A stretch of DNA of 64,000 bases. Origin: Saprospiraceae bacterium. Lineage in GTDB: Bacteria > Bacteroidota > Bacteroidia > Chitinophagales > Saprospiraceae. The stretch spans positions 13,001-77,000 of the forward strand of contig JAGFJA010000071.1 in assembly GCA_024103005.1 (NCBI GenBank). Reading direction: 5' to 3'. The notes below the pieces were generated by a model. That model had not been told where the DNA came from. It was given only the letters and a program-made list of their open reading frames with translations, and searched no databases. Of the stretch, positions 19,711-29,967 are shown in pieces (the stretch's first letter is position 1; each line of letters starts with the position of its first letter). Both the position numbers and the translations under genes were made by a program.

Positions 19711-19926
19711 TTTTTTCCTGATTAACCTTGTGTAAAATGTAAAAGAAGCTAAAAAGTTCTTGTTCCTTAGAGCCAAATCTAAATCGACATTCACCGTGCT
19801 TTGGAAAAATATCCCAAAAGGAGGTTCTTTTATTTAACTCAAAGCTGTAACCGAAAACAAAAAACTGTATATTACATCGATTTAAACTTATATCCCATTC
19901 CTTTATTTGAAAAATATTGCGACACT

Positions 19927-20280
19927 ATGATAACCATGTATGGCATACCAAATTGTGACACAGTCAAAAAATCAAGAAATTGGCTGAAACAACAAGGAAT
20001 TGAATATTCATTTCATGATTATAAGAAATATGGAATCTCACGCCAGAAACTGACAGGTTGGTTGAAGCAGATACCGTTGGAAACTTTGTTGAACAAAAAA
20101 GGTATGACATTCAGGAATTTAAACGATGCAGAAAAAGCTAAAACCGGCGATATCGATGGTGCCATTGATATCATGGTCAGTCAGCCATCCATCATTAAAC
20201 GGCCTCTCCTGGAGGATGAAAAAGGTCGCGTTATCCTCATAGGCTTTGACGAGGAAAAGTATGCAAATGCTTTAAAATAA
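19927..20280 (+). CDS. ArsC/Spx-family protein (YffB-like)
   Basis: The start is moved to the ATG at 19927. The N-terminus MITMYGIPNCDTVKKSRNWLKQQGIEYSFHDYKK is the family signature, and the product is about 117 aa. Confidence 0.75.
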   Translation: MITMYGIPNCDTVKKSRNWLKQQGIEYSFHDYKKYGISRQKLTGWLKQIPLETLLNKKGMTFRNLNDAEKAKTGDIDGAIDIMVSQPSIIKRPLLEDEKGRVILIGFDEEKYANALK

Positions 20281-20513
20281 GTTGAAGTTATAATTACTGA
20301 AATTCCCTTTTAGTCAAATTAAATATTTAATAATTCAAACGAGCTTTAATTACCTATTCAAATTAGAAATATTTCGCCCTCCTTTTTTACCCGTTTGATT
20401 TTTCATAAAATTCAATTATATTTACTGATATTTTTTAAAATATGATGCCATAACGCCGACTGATATCCATACATTTTATTCAATAAATGAAAGTATAAGG
20501 AATTTAAATACAG

Positions 20514-23500
20514 ATGTCAATTTCCCTTGATCGGACACCTACGCATTTAATTTATAGATGGGCTTTATGGATCATCCTTATTGGAATTCCCTTCTTATCC
20601 ACAACACAAAATCCTATTCACCCGATTTATTCACACCTGACCATTAATGAAGGCCTGTCTCAAAGTCTTATTTATTCCATCACTCAGGATTCAGAGGGTT
20701 TTATGTGGTTTGGCACCAAGGACGGACTGAGTCGTTATGACGGCTACACTTTCAGAAATTATTATCATGACCCCTTTGACACTACGACCCTCTCCGGAAA
20801 TACCATTACCGGACTATTTACGGACTCTAAAGGTTATCTATGGGTGGGTACCATGAATAATGGGTTAAATCTCTATGTAGCCAATACTGACAGATTTATC
20901 CACATCATTACTGATGGTTTAGAAAATGCTTCCATAAGAAATATCACGGAGGATCATCAGGGCAATTTATGGGTTGGAACCTTTGGTAATGGGCTTTTTA
21001 AGCTGATCTTCGGGAAAAACACCAGGTCAAAGCCCTTGAAAGTAATTCATTTTACTCATAAAGAAAATGACGCTTCGACCCTCAACAGTAATTATGTAAA
21101 CGGACTTTTTGTAGATCATTCAGGCATTTTATGGGTCTCAACACTTTCCGGTATCTTCCAGACAACCAATCCGGCTAAAGATAACATTTCCTTCTCATCT
21201 CCGATTTTAAAAATTGTCAAAGCTAGAAGAACCGAAAAGTCCGGCATTCAACTTTACGACCCAAATCATACAATTGACTTTGATAAAAGTAAAATTCAGT
21301 TTGGCGGAGAAGTTTTCGTAGAAGATGATGCCAGAAGGTTATGGATAGGCACCAATAGCGGATTATTTTTATTCAGTCAAAAAGAAAATAAGCTTATTTA
21401 TTTTGAGCCTCCCGGGTGGGGGCCTGACCTGAAGAATATTTTATGTGCAGTATATATCTATTCCAAAAACCTGAATTCGGGAAATCAAATCTGGATGGGG
21501 CTTTTCAAAGGATTAGGGATATTTGACACCCGGCACTATACCTTGCAACTGATAAAATATGAACCCGGAAACCCACAGAGTATCTTACCTGATAATGTGA
21601 TAAGCATATATCGGGACAGATCGGGTTGTGTATGGCTTGGGAGCAACGGTTACGGACTGTCAAAATTTAACCCGCGGACGATGCTATTTGCTACGCCTGT
21701 TTATGAGGCGAGGAATCATGAGAAGACATCTTCAGACCTGAGCATCCGTTCATTCCTTGACACAAAGGAAAACTTGTATATCGGAACAAGTTCAGGAATG
21801 TGGCAGGTTGACAAAGCTTCAGGGATTATGAAAAATCTGACATTTTCCACTGACAATCCAATCAGCGACCTCATATTCAGTATCCTTCCGTCAAATGAGG
21901 ATGAAATATGGGTAGGCAGCAGTTCCGGCTTATACCTTCTGAATATCAAAACCGGAAGCCAAAAAATATTCAAACCAAGAATTGAAGCTCAGGATGAAGA
22001 AGACAATCGGATATATAAAATTTTAGATGCAGGAAACGGCACTTTATGGTGTCTCACCCCTTATTCCTTTAGTAAATTTAAGCGACAGACAGGAACCTTT
22101 GAACATTATTTCTTTCAGCAAAAAATAAAAAACAAGCGAGGTGAACCCACTTTCGGAGAGATACTTCCGGATATGAAAGGCAATTTCTGGCTCGGTACTG
22201 GTGAAGGATTATTTTACTTTGATACACACAATAAGACATTTCGTCATTTTTTTACCAATCCGTCAGATCCCAATAGCCTAAGTTACAATGCTGTTCGGAG
22301 TATGGTTTTTGACAAGCAGTTTCCGCAAAAATACCTATGGATAGGCACTGCAGGCGGCGGATTAAACAGACTTGACCTGAACACATTCAGATTTAAACAT
22401 TTTACGGTCAGGGAAGGGCTTCCGAATAATGTTATTTACGGAATTCTCCGGGATTCAAAGGGCGACTTATGGATGAGCACCAACAATGGCATATCACGTT
22501 TTAACCCCGTCATCAGTTCCTTTCAAAACTATGACATACAATCAGGTCTGCAGAGTAACGAATTTAATTCAGGTGCATTTTATGCCAACAAGGATGGTAA
22601 GTTTTTCTTCGGAGGAATAAAAGGATTTAATGCATTTTTCCCGGAAGAAATTAAAAATAATAACTATATTCCTCCCATCGTTTTTACGTCTTTCAGAATA
22701 GCAGAAAAGCGATATACCATACCTGATTCATCAGGCCTCCTGACGATGCCGATATGGAAAACCAAGAACATCACACTGCCTTATAAAGACAACAGTATCA
22801 GCTTTGAGGTAGCCGGCCTTGACTTCTCCAATTCAGGAAACATTTATTATGCCTACCGGTTGGAACCGGGCAGTAAAACCTGGATCCCTCTGGGTACCAA
22901 CCGAATTATAGCCTTCAGTAATCTAAACCCGGGTAACTACCTGCTCCATGTAAGAGCTGCCAATATTGACCGAAAATGGAATAACCAAGTAAAAACAATT
23001 CAATTTACCATCAAACCACCCTGGTGGAAGACAATACCTGCATACATCCTGTATTTATTTATTACAATATTCATACTTTACCTCATAAGGAAATACGAGC
23101 TAAAAAGAATAGAACTCCGAAACAGATTAAAGGTAGAATCTCTGGAATCCCAGAAATTAAAGGAACTCGACCATCTGAAATCCAGATTCTTTGCCAACAT
23201 CTCCCATGAGTTCAGGACACCTCTCACTTTGATCATCGGACCACTTGAAGACATCCTCCGGGAAGGCAATACCGAAAAATTCAGATCGCTGATTCCTGAA
23301 ATGCATCGTAATTCGAAGAGATTATTACAATTGATAAACCAACTGCTTGACCTATCGAAGATAGATGCAGACAAATATGTAATAAACACTACTCGTGCGG
23401 ATATTATTCCTTTTGTGGAAATGATAATCCATACATTTTCGTCTATGGCTGAAAGAAAAAATATTGCACTTGAAACAAAGTTAGATAACCAACTAAAAGA

Positions 23501-24755
23501 TATTCTGAATTATAAAAAGCTATGGTTTGATGAGGACATTGTTGAAAAAGTCCTGTTTAATCTAATGTCAAATGCCATTAAATTCACTCCAAATGACGGA
23601 AAAATAACGGTAAACCTGGGATTATATAAAAATGAGGATAAGTTTATTGAAGTAAATATAGAAGATAACGGAATAGGAATACCACAGGACAAAATTTCTC
23701 AATTGTTTGACAGATTTTATCAGGTCAACGACCATTCGTCAACGAGCCAAAGCGGCAGTGGCATTGGATTAGCATTGGCTAAAGAACTGATAGAATTACA
23801 TCAGGGAAAAATATTTGCAAGAAGTAAACCCGGAAAAGGCTCTATATTTACCTTCATCTTACCTTTTGATTTTAAAAAATTAACCGAATATTCTGACCAT
23901 TCATCCATCTCGTCAGAAGAAAAATCAAAACAAACAATCATATCCGAAACAAATCAGATAAATGACTCAACTAAATCCCGTGATGGGAACGCTGAAGACA
24001 AACCATTGATATTGGTAGTAGAAGACCACACAGATGTCAGAAAATATATAGCAATAAAACTGGAGGATGAATATCAGATTCTGGAGGCGGAAAACGGAAA
24101 GGAAGGGTTGAAAACTGCTTTGGAAAGGCTCCCCGACCTTGTCATCAGCGATGTAATGATGCCGGAAATGGACGGCTTTGAACTCTGTGCCAAATTAAAA
24201 ACGAATCATTTAACAAGTCATATTCCCGTCATTTTATTGACAGCCAGAGCTGAGGACAAAGACAGATTAGAAGGTCTTGAAACCGGCGCTGATGCCTATC
24301 TTATCAAGCCTTTCAATACAAATGAATTAAAGATAATCGTGAAGAATCAGATTGAACTCAGGAATTTAATGCGCATGAAGTTCAATGATAAACTGATTGT
24401 CAAACCTAGTGAAATAACCATAACTTCTGTTGACCGGGAATTTATTCAAAAACTTCTTTCACAGGTCGAAACTCACCTCGGGGACGCACAACTTTCCGTC
24501 TCGTCTTTAAGCGGAGCAGTCAACATGAGTGTGTCTCAGCTAACCAGAAAACTAAAAGCCTTAATAAATCAGACACCTCAACAATTTATCAGGTCAATCA
24601 GGATGCAAAGAGCATTAGAACTATTAAAAAACAAAGCCGGCAATATTGCCGAAATATCTATATGGGTGGGTTTTGAAGATCCGGGATACTTCACTAAAGT
24701 TTTCAAGCAACATTTCGGACAATTACCATCCGAAGTACATGACATGAAGGATTAA
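20514..24755 (+). CDS. Hybrid two-component system (HTCS) sensor kinase/response regulator with a C-terminal AraC-type HTH
   Basis: The periplasmic region has two-component-regulator propeller repeats (e.g. SITQDSEGFMWFGTKDGLSRYDG). A TM helix (IPAYILYLFITIFILYLI) follows, then the H-box FFANISHEFRTPLT and the ATPase box GSGIGLALAKELIELHQG. The receiver has LVVEDH...SDVMMPEMDG, and the AraC HTH is VGFEDPGYFTKVFKQHFG. Confidence 0.9.
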   Translation: MSISLDRTPTHLIYRWALWIILIGIPFLSTTQNPIHPIYSHLTINEGLSQSLIYSITQDSEGFMWFGTKDGLSRYDGYTFRNYYHDPFDTTTLSGNTITGLFTDSKGYLWVGTMNNGLNLYVANTDRFIHIITDGLENASIRNITEDHQGNLWVGTFGNGLFKLIFGKNTRSKPLKVIHFTHKENDASTLNSNYVNGLFVDHSGILWVSTLSGIFQTTNPAKDNISFSSPILKIVKARRTEKSGIQLYDPNHTIDFDKSKIQFGGEVFVEDDARRLWIGTNSGLFLFSQKENKLIYFEPPGWGPDLKNILCAVYIYSKNLNSGNQIWMGLFKGLGIFDTRHYTLQLIKYEPGNPQSILPDNVISIYRDRSGCVWLGSNGYGLSKFNPRTMLFATPVYEARNHEKTSSDLSIRSFLDTKENLYIGTSSGMWQVDKASGIMKNLTFSTDNPISDLIFSILPSNEDEIWVGSSSGLYLLNIKTGSQKIFKPRIEAQDEEDNRIYKILDAGNGTLWCLTPYSFSKFKRQTGTFEHYFFQQKIKNKRGEPTFGEILPDMKGNFWLGTGEGLFYFDTHNKTFRHFFTNPSDPNSLSYNAVRSMVFDKQFPQKYLWIGTAGGGLNRLDLNTFRFKHFTVREGLPNNVIYGILRDSKGDLWMSTNNGISRFNPVISSFQNYDIQSGLQSNEFNSGAFYANKDGKFFFGGIKGFNAFFPEEIKNNNYIPPIVFTSFRIAEKRYTIPDSSGLLTMPIWKTKNITLPYKDNSISFEVAGLDFSNSGNIYYAYRLEPGSKTWIPLGTNRIIAFSNLNPGNYLLHVRAANIDRKWNNQVKTIQFTIKPPWWKTIPAYILYLFITIFILYLIRKYELKRIELRNRLKVESLESQKLKELDHLKSRFFANISHEFRTPLTLIIGPLEDILREGNTEKFRSLIPEMHRNSKRLLQLINQLLDLSKIDADKYVINTTRADIIPFVEMIIHTFSSMAERKNIALETKLDNQLKDILNYKKLWFDEDIVEKVLFNLMSNAIKFTPNDGKITVNLGLYKNEDKFIEVNIEDNGIGIPQDKISQLFDRFYQVNDHSSTSQSGSGIGLALAKELIELHQGKIFARSKPGKGSIFTFILPFDFKKLTEYSDHSSISSEEKSKQTIISETNQINDSTKSRDGNAEDKPLILVVEDHTDVRKYIAIKLEDEYQILEAENGKEGLKTALERLPDLVISDVMMPEMDGFELCAKLKTNHLTSHIPVILLTARAEDKDRLEGLETGADAYLIKPFNTNELKIIVKNQIELRNLMRMKFNDKLIVKPSEITITSVDREFIQKLLSQVETHLGDAQLSVSSLSGAVNMSVSQLTRKLKALINQTPQQFIRSIRMQRALELLKNKAGNIAEISIWVGFEDPGYFTKVFKQHFGQLPSEVHDMKD

Positions 24756-24823
24756 ATAATCTATTCGATAGCCTTATATCAGACTTTTGTAAAAGGATAT
24801 TAATCAAATTTTGAATAATAAAA

Positions 24824-24850
24824 ATCTTCCGTAAATATCTTCCGTTAAAT
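24824..24850 (+). promoter_or_regulatory. Abutting direct repeats, a candidate operator between the HTCS gene and the downstream small secreted protein genes
   Basis: The unit atcttccgtaaat (24824-24836) is followed immediately by atcttccgttaaat (24837-24850). Confidence 0.3.
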
Positions 24851-25018
24851 TTTCAATAAAGCCTGATTTACTCTCCCGTTTTTGCTAAATCATTCAATAT
24901 CAATTCCGAATGAAGCAAAATTACCATATAATGCGTGAATTTTACTGACATGCCGGCTACTCTGATACGTAATATTGCCTTGTCAAAACAATTTTACACA
25001 ACCTATAAAATATTTATC

Positions 25019-25462
25019 ATGAAAAAAACAAAAGCTATCAACATTCTGACATTGGCAATACTTCTTTTTACGTCTATCAATCTCAATGCACAAAAGAAAG
25101 ATTCAAAACCTAGACCATGCATTATTCAGACACTTTATATAAATCAAAAAATGGACATGTCAGAAGCCAGTATGGATTCTTTGCTCAATCTGTACAAAAC
25201 AAAAATTGTGAATCTCAATCCTTATTATGTAAGTTCAAAAATACTTCGTCACTGGTGGGGTCATGATAGCCGTCAGGTGATTTTTGTTTTTGAGTTAAAG
25301 AGTTGGGATGATATCACAAAAGCTTCTGAAAAAACACAGGAAATTATGAAAGCACATGTAGGCTGGACTGATGAAGGAATGAAATCTTTCATAAAAAAAA
25401 TGGAGGAAATGTTTGGTGACAGCTTCCACAGTGATGAAATCTACCGCATTATAGGTGACTAG
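25019..25462 (+). CDS. Small secreted hypothetical protein
   Basis: The start is moved to the ATG at 25019, which gives the signal peptide MKKTKAINILTLAILLFTSINLNAQ. The mature product is about 120 aa, and the gene ends in TAG. Confidence 0.55.
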   Translation: MKKTKAINILTLAILLFTSINLNAQKKDSKPRPCIIQTLYINQKMDMSEASMDSLLNLYKTKIVNLNPYYVSSKILRHWWGHDSRQVIFVFELKSWDDITKASEKTQEIMKAHVGWTDEGMKSFIKKMEEMFGDSFHSDEIYRIIGD

Positions 25463-25522
25463 CTAAATTAACACACTATCCAAAGTAATTTTATTTTATA
25501 ACGTATTTAAAAATTTATTTAT

Positions 25523-25966
25523 ATGAAAAACTTGAGTATGATTAAAACAACAATGATGTTTTTAATTTTTTGTGCATCCAATATTCACGCACAATCTGAA
25601 ATGCCCTACACAGGAGGACCAGTATGGAACATTACTTTTGTAAGAACAAAACAGGGTATGGAAAGAAACTATTTGCAAGATTTAAGTAACAATTGGGCAA
25701 AACTCGGTAAAGTTGCAAAAAGTGAAGGAATCATCATGGATTATAAACTAATTGCCGCACCCAAAGCCTCACCAACTGACTGGGATCTGATGTTGCTGAT
25801 TGAAGTTAAAAATTATGCTGCTTTGGATGGAATGAATGAAAAATTTGATGCCCTCGCTGCAAAATTATTCGGGACGGAAGAGAAACAACATCAGAATGCA
25901 CTAAACAGGAATGATATGCGTGAAATACTAAGTGAAAAACTAGGCCAAGAATTGATATTTAAATAA
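25523..25966 (+). CDS. Small secreted hypothetical protein with the same size class and predicted secondary-structure order as the preceding gene
   Basis: It has the signal peptide MIKTTMMFLIFCASNIHAQ, and the mature product is about 123 aa. Confidence 0.55.
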   Translation: MKNLSMIKTTMMFLIFCASNIHAQSEMPYTGGPVWNITFVRTKQGMERNYLQDLSNNWAKLGKVAKSEGIIMDYKLIAAPKASPTDWDLMLLIEVKNYAALDGMNEKFDALAAKLFGTEEKQHQNALNRNDMREILSEKLGQELIFK

Positions 25967-26006
25967 AATTGACTCAACAAGTCCGGATTCTTTTGATTAA
26001 TTTTAA

Positions 26007-26048
26007 TAAGAGAAAGTTCTGTTTACGGGGCTTTCTCTTATTTTTTTT
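26007..26048 (+). terminator. Rho-independent terminator
   Basis: The stem taagagaaag (26007-26016) pairs with ctttctctta (26031-26040) and is followed by a T8 run (26041-26048). Confidence 0.75.
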
Positions 26049-26391
26049 GCTATGATTAATTCCGGCAAAATTTCATAAAAATAAGTTTAAAACTTAATGC
26101 TTATAGGAAATTTCAGAGACACTCAAATACGACAAAATGGGAAAAGTATCAAAACAATAATTTTATCAAAATCTCAAAAATATGAGAATCTCTCTGGATG
26201 CAATGGATACCGAATTGGGAACATGTATTGAAAAAGGATTCATCAAAGTTTTTCTGCAGGAAAAAATCGATATTATGTTGAATTGACCTTCAAAAGACAT
26301 TGACATTCATCTAGTTATATAACCAACCATTCTGAAAAAGAAGTCTAAAATATAATCAGGGAGCATAAATCATAATGAATAAATTCCTTTA

Positions 26392-26745
26392 TCAACCCCC
26401 TGTGCCCTTTGTGTTTTTGTATCCCCATTCGAGAAGCATTTTAATGACTTTATCCTTATGATTTCCTTGGATTAAAATCTCGCCATCTTTAGCACTTCCT
26501 CCCACTCCGCATTTAGTCTTTAATTTTTTTCCCAGTTCCTGCAAATCAGTTTCACTTCCTGCAAATCCCGTAATCAGGGTTACTTCTTTCCCTCCGCGCT
26601 GTTTCCGGTCAATCGAAACCCGTAGCTTCATATCTTCAGGAGCTGCCGTATTTACCGAGGGTATTAAATCGGCAAATGTTTTATATTCATAATCCGGATT
26701 CGTAGAATACACCACTCCGTCCCTGTTTTTTTTATTTTTTGACAT
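26392..26745 (-). CDS. yciH: SUI1/YciH-family translation initiation factor
   Basis: The segment RVSIDRKQRGGKEVTLITGF...LGKKLKTKCGVGGSAKDGEILIQGNHKDKV is the SUI1 core. Confidence 0.85.
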   Translation of the reverse strand: MSKNKKNRDGVVYSTNPDYEYKTFADLIPSVNTAAPEDMKLRVSIDRKQRGGKEVTLITGFAGSETDLQELGKKLKTKCGVGGSAKDGEILIQGNHKDKVIKMLLEWGYKNTKGTGG

Positions 26746-26747
26746 TT

Positions 26748-27848
26748 TTAATAGGTTCTGGTAAACTGATAATTTATCATTCTCAATATCTGGAATCCCA
26801 GAACATGCTGGGACTCTCCCGAATTATGCAAGATAATTACCGCCGTATGCGTCTGTGGTGCGACACATAAAAAAGCGCTGCTTCCTTTTAAGACTCCCGT
26901 CATCATATATATCTTCCCGCTCTTGCCACCATCAGACCACCTCAGGCCTCCGTTGGTAAATGAGGTTTTCTTTTTCTTTTTTTCAACTACCGGCTGCAAA
27001 AATACTTGTTTAAAATCATTTCGAGATGCCATCCGCATCAAAACTTCAGCAACTATCAACTGGTCTTTCATACAAGAGACCATACCCATAGTCGTCGTTA
27101 GCCCGCCAAAATGAGGTATTGGCAATAACCTCGACTGAGCTGAATAAAAAGCCGGTACGGATTGAGACGGTATTGTATCCAATGGAGCAAACCATGTATG
27201 CCGCATTTCCGGAATCATTTTGCCGTTATCATGGACTCTTTTATCTTTGACTAACCATAAAATTTTACTAAGCAGATAAAAATTATACTGACTATGATTG
27301 TGCTTATGTGATAAGGTATGCTGCCTTGTCCACGCCACCAGGGCAGAATCAATTTTTTGGCTTTCATAATCTTTATACTCATCGTCAGGGTCATGTTTCA
27401 GATAAACCAATTGGGGTAATATTTTCGGCAGTCCTGTCCTGTGAGACAACAAATCCGATATGGACAGCGCATTAATCCGACTGCCTTTAAAAATCGGAAA
27501 ATTAAACTTGCCAATTGTATCATCCGGGCTAATCAATCCCAGCTCCATCATGTGATACGTCAACAAAATCAAATGCACATGCGTCAGCCCACCTACCGGA
27601 AACAAGGAAGTATCCGCTACCGGAGTATCTGAATTGCGTGCCAGGCTACCCCATTGATATGTATATGTTGAATCGCCGTCAATGACACCGATGACGGTAC
27701 ATGAACCTTCATCTATATCAATATCTCTGTCGAGTCTGACAATCTTTCTTATTTCATTTTCAAGGTAAGTTTTTTGTGCAACCAGCCCCGCGGGAACACC
27801 TTGTATCAATCCGACTATGACAATCCAATACCATTGAATCCGGCTCAT
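26748..27848 (-). CDS. Secreted beta-lactamase/transpeptidase-fold protein with a degenerate active-site motif
   Basis: It has a signal peptide (IVIVGLIQGVPAGLVAQ) and the family-like LLSHRTGLP motif. The position of the S-x-x-K motif reads FPVGGLTHV, i.e. Gly in place of Ser and His in place of Lys. Its start overlaps the hscA stop as ATGA. Confidence 0.6.
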   Translation of the reverse strand: MSRIQWYWIVIVGLIQGVPAGLVAQKTYLENEIRKIVRLDRDIDIDEGSCTVIGVIDGDSTYTYQWGSLARNSDTPVADTSLFPVGGLTHVHLILLTYHMMELGLISPDDTIGKFNFPIFKGSRINALSISDLLSHRTGLPKILPQLVYLKHDPDDEYKDYESQKIDSALVAWTRQHTLSHKHNHSQYNFYLLSKILWLVKDKRVHDNGKMIPEMRHTWFAPLDTIPSQSVPAFYSAQSRLLPIPHFGGLTTTMGMVSCMKDQLIVAEVLMRMASRNDFKQVFLQPVVEKKKKKTSFTNGGLRWSDGGKSGKIYMMTGVLKGSSAFLCVAPQTHTAVIILHNSGESQHVLGFQILRMINYQFTRTY

Positions 27849-29695
27849 ACAATCGACTTTCCTGCCAATGATTGGCGGATGGCATCATCCATAGCTACTT
27901 CCGCCATCGGCCTCGCTATCCGGTCAAGACGATGTATGGCGTCATGAATAGCATCCTTATCTTCACCCTGAACCAAAACTTCAAGTTCTCCGGCTATTTC
28001 CTTCAATGGGTCAAACTGTTGAGGTGTGAAGAGATCTGCATGTTGACGTAAAAATTTCTTTGTAGCATGCAGGATATTATTCGCTTCATTTCGTGCCTCA
28101 ATTAAGGCCTTAATTCTCACGTCCTCCTCTGCATGCTTGATACTGTCTATAAGCATCAGAGCCATTTCTTCTTCACTGATTCCATATTGGGCTTTTATTT
28201 CAACCTCTGTCTCCGTGTTTGACCGTTCTTCCCGAGCCTTTACAATCAATATTCCGTCGGCATCAACCTTAAAGATAACCTCAATTTTTGGTATTCCGGC
28301 CGGCATGGGAGGAATGCCTTTTAGAGTAAATTCACCCAATTTTCGATTGTCCTGTACCAGATCACGTTCTCCCTGAAAGACAGAAATTCTCAGATTTACC
28401 TGACCATCCACGCTGGTAGTGTAATGGCGACCGGCGCCTGAAGGAATCTTTGAATTCCGTGGAATAATTACATCCATCAGACCTCCCACCGTCTCTATCC
28501 CTAAGGATAAAGGCGTCACATCCAGAAGTAACAGATTATTCTGATTGCCGGCAAGGATATCGGCCTGCACGGCAGCACCCTGTGCCACTACCTCATCGGG
28601 ATTGATTGTATCATTGATGGGAGCATCAAACATCTCGGCTAACTTTTCCTTAACCATCGGAATACGAGTCGATCCGCCAACCAAAATGACTTCATCTATC
28701 TTACTCTGATCCAATCCCGCATCCTTCAATGCAGCCTTTGTCAAATCTATGGTTTTATTGATTATTGGTTCCACCAATCGTCGATAATCTTCTCTACGGA
28801 GTACCAGTTTCATTCCTTCAAAGTCTCCCTCAAAAATATCTGATTGACCCAATTGTTTCTTCGCTGCTTCGCTCAGCAACCTCAATGTCTGAATCTGCCC
28901 TTTCTTTAACCGGTCTATCCGCAATCCTCCCTGACTAATAAAATAATCCGTTATAGCCTTATCTACGTCATCCCCACCCAGCCAGGTGTCACCTTTGGTC
29001 GATAAAACTTCAAATACGCCGTCTTCCAAAGTAAGCACACTAAGGTCAAAGGTTCCGCCGCCCAGATCATATACGGCAATATTCCTGCTACCATCTGCAG
29101 ATTTATCAAAACCATACGCAAGTGCGGCGGCAGTAGGCTCATTGACGATGCGCAACACATCCCACCCTGCCAGCTTACCGGCATCTTTAGTCGCCTGTCT
29201 TTGACTGTCATTGAAATATGCGGGTACTGTAATGACACATTCACTTACCTGCCGACCTACTTTTTCTTCAGCAATTTTCTTTAACTCTTTCAAAACCAGA
29301 GCTGACAAATCAATGGGTGTATAAAACTTGTTTCCCGATTTTATCTTAACCAGGGATTCAGTATCGGTATCCACTATTTCATAACTAAAAAATTCGCGGC
29401 TGTCCGCTACATCATTGAATGATCGACCCATCAGCCTCTTTACGGAAAATATGGTATTTTCCGGATCCGTCGTCAGTTTATCTTTAGCCGTCTGGCCAAC
29501 AACTGCTTTATTTTCCTCATTAAAATAAATGACTGAAGGAACCAATGCCGATGAACCTTCATGTCTGAGTACTTCAGGCACACCGTTGTGTATCAGTGCT
29601 ATTAAGCTATTGGTTGTACCCAGGTCAATACCCAATATCAAACGATCATCCTGCTTAACATCCCCACTCTGGAGGTCAATTGCTACTCTGCTCAT
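27845..29695 (-). CDS. hscA: Hsp70-family chaperone, HscA type
   Basis: The [12 protein letters not shown] and DLGGGTFD motifs are present. The length is 616 aa. The N-terminal lead-in and the C-terminal tail ([19 protein letters not shown]) resemble HscA rather than DnaK. Confidence 0.75.
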   Translation of the reverse strand: MSRVAIDLQSGDVKQDDRLILGIDLGTTNSLIALIHNGVPEVLRHEGSSALVPSVIYFNEENKAVVGQTAKDKLTTDPENTIFSVKRLMGRSFNDVADSREFFSYEIVDTDTESLVKIKSGNKFYTPIDLSALVLKELKKIAEEKVGRQVSECVITVPAYFNDSQRQATKDAGKLAGWDVLRIVNEPTAAALAYGFDKSADGSRNIAVYDLGGGTFDLSVLTLEDGVFEVLSTKGDTWLGGDDVDKAITDYFISQGGLRIDRLKKGQIQTLRLLSEAAKKQLGQSDIFEGDFEGMKLVLRREDYRRLVEPIINKTIDLTKAALKDAGLDQSKIDEVILVGGSTRIPMVKEKLAEMFDAPINDTINPDEVVAQGAAVQADILAGNQNNLLLLDVTPLSLGIETVGGLMDVIIPRNSKIPSGAGRHYTTSVDGQVNLRISVFQGERDLVQDNRKLGEFTLKGIPPMPAGIPKIEVIFKVDADGILIVKAREERSNTETEVEIKAQYGISEEEMALMLIDSIKHAEEDVRIKALIEARNEANNILHATKKFLRQHADLFTPQQFDPLKEIAGELEVLVQGEDKDAIHDAIHRLDRIARPMAEVAMDDAIRQSLAGKSIV

Positions 29696-29967
29696 AATTT
29701 ACCTTAACAACATTTTACTGACTTGGTTGATTATAAAAAATAAAGGACATCAAATAAAGCACATTTCAAAAAGCAACCGTAAATTTAAGAACTTCTTCCT
29801 GTTTAGTCGGAATACTAACACGTGAAGATGGCCGACAACTCTTGATTTATCAGGTATCATAAACAAAATCAATTAACTTAGAGGTATATTATTCTTTTCA
29901 TTTAGGATGGAGACAATCAATTTTGATACAGTTAGATCTATTTTCATCAAAATTCAAACTAAATACA

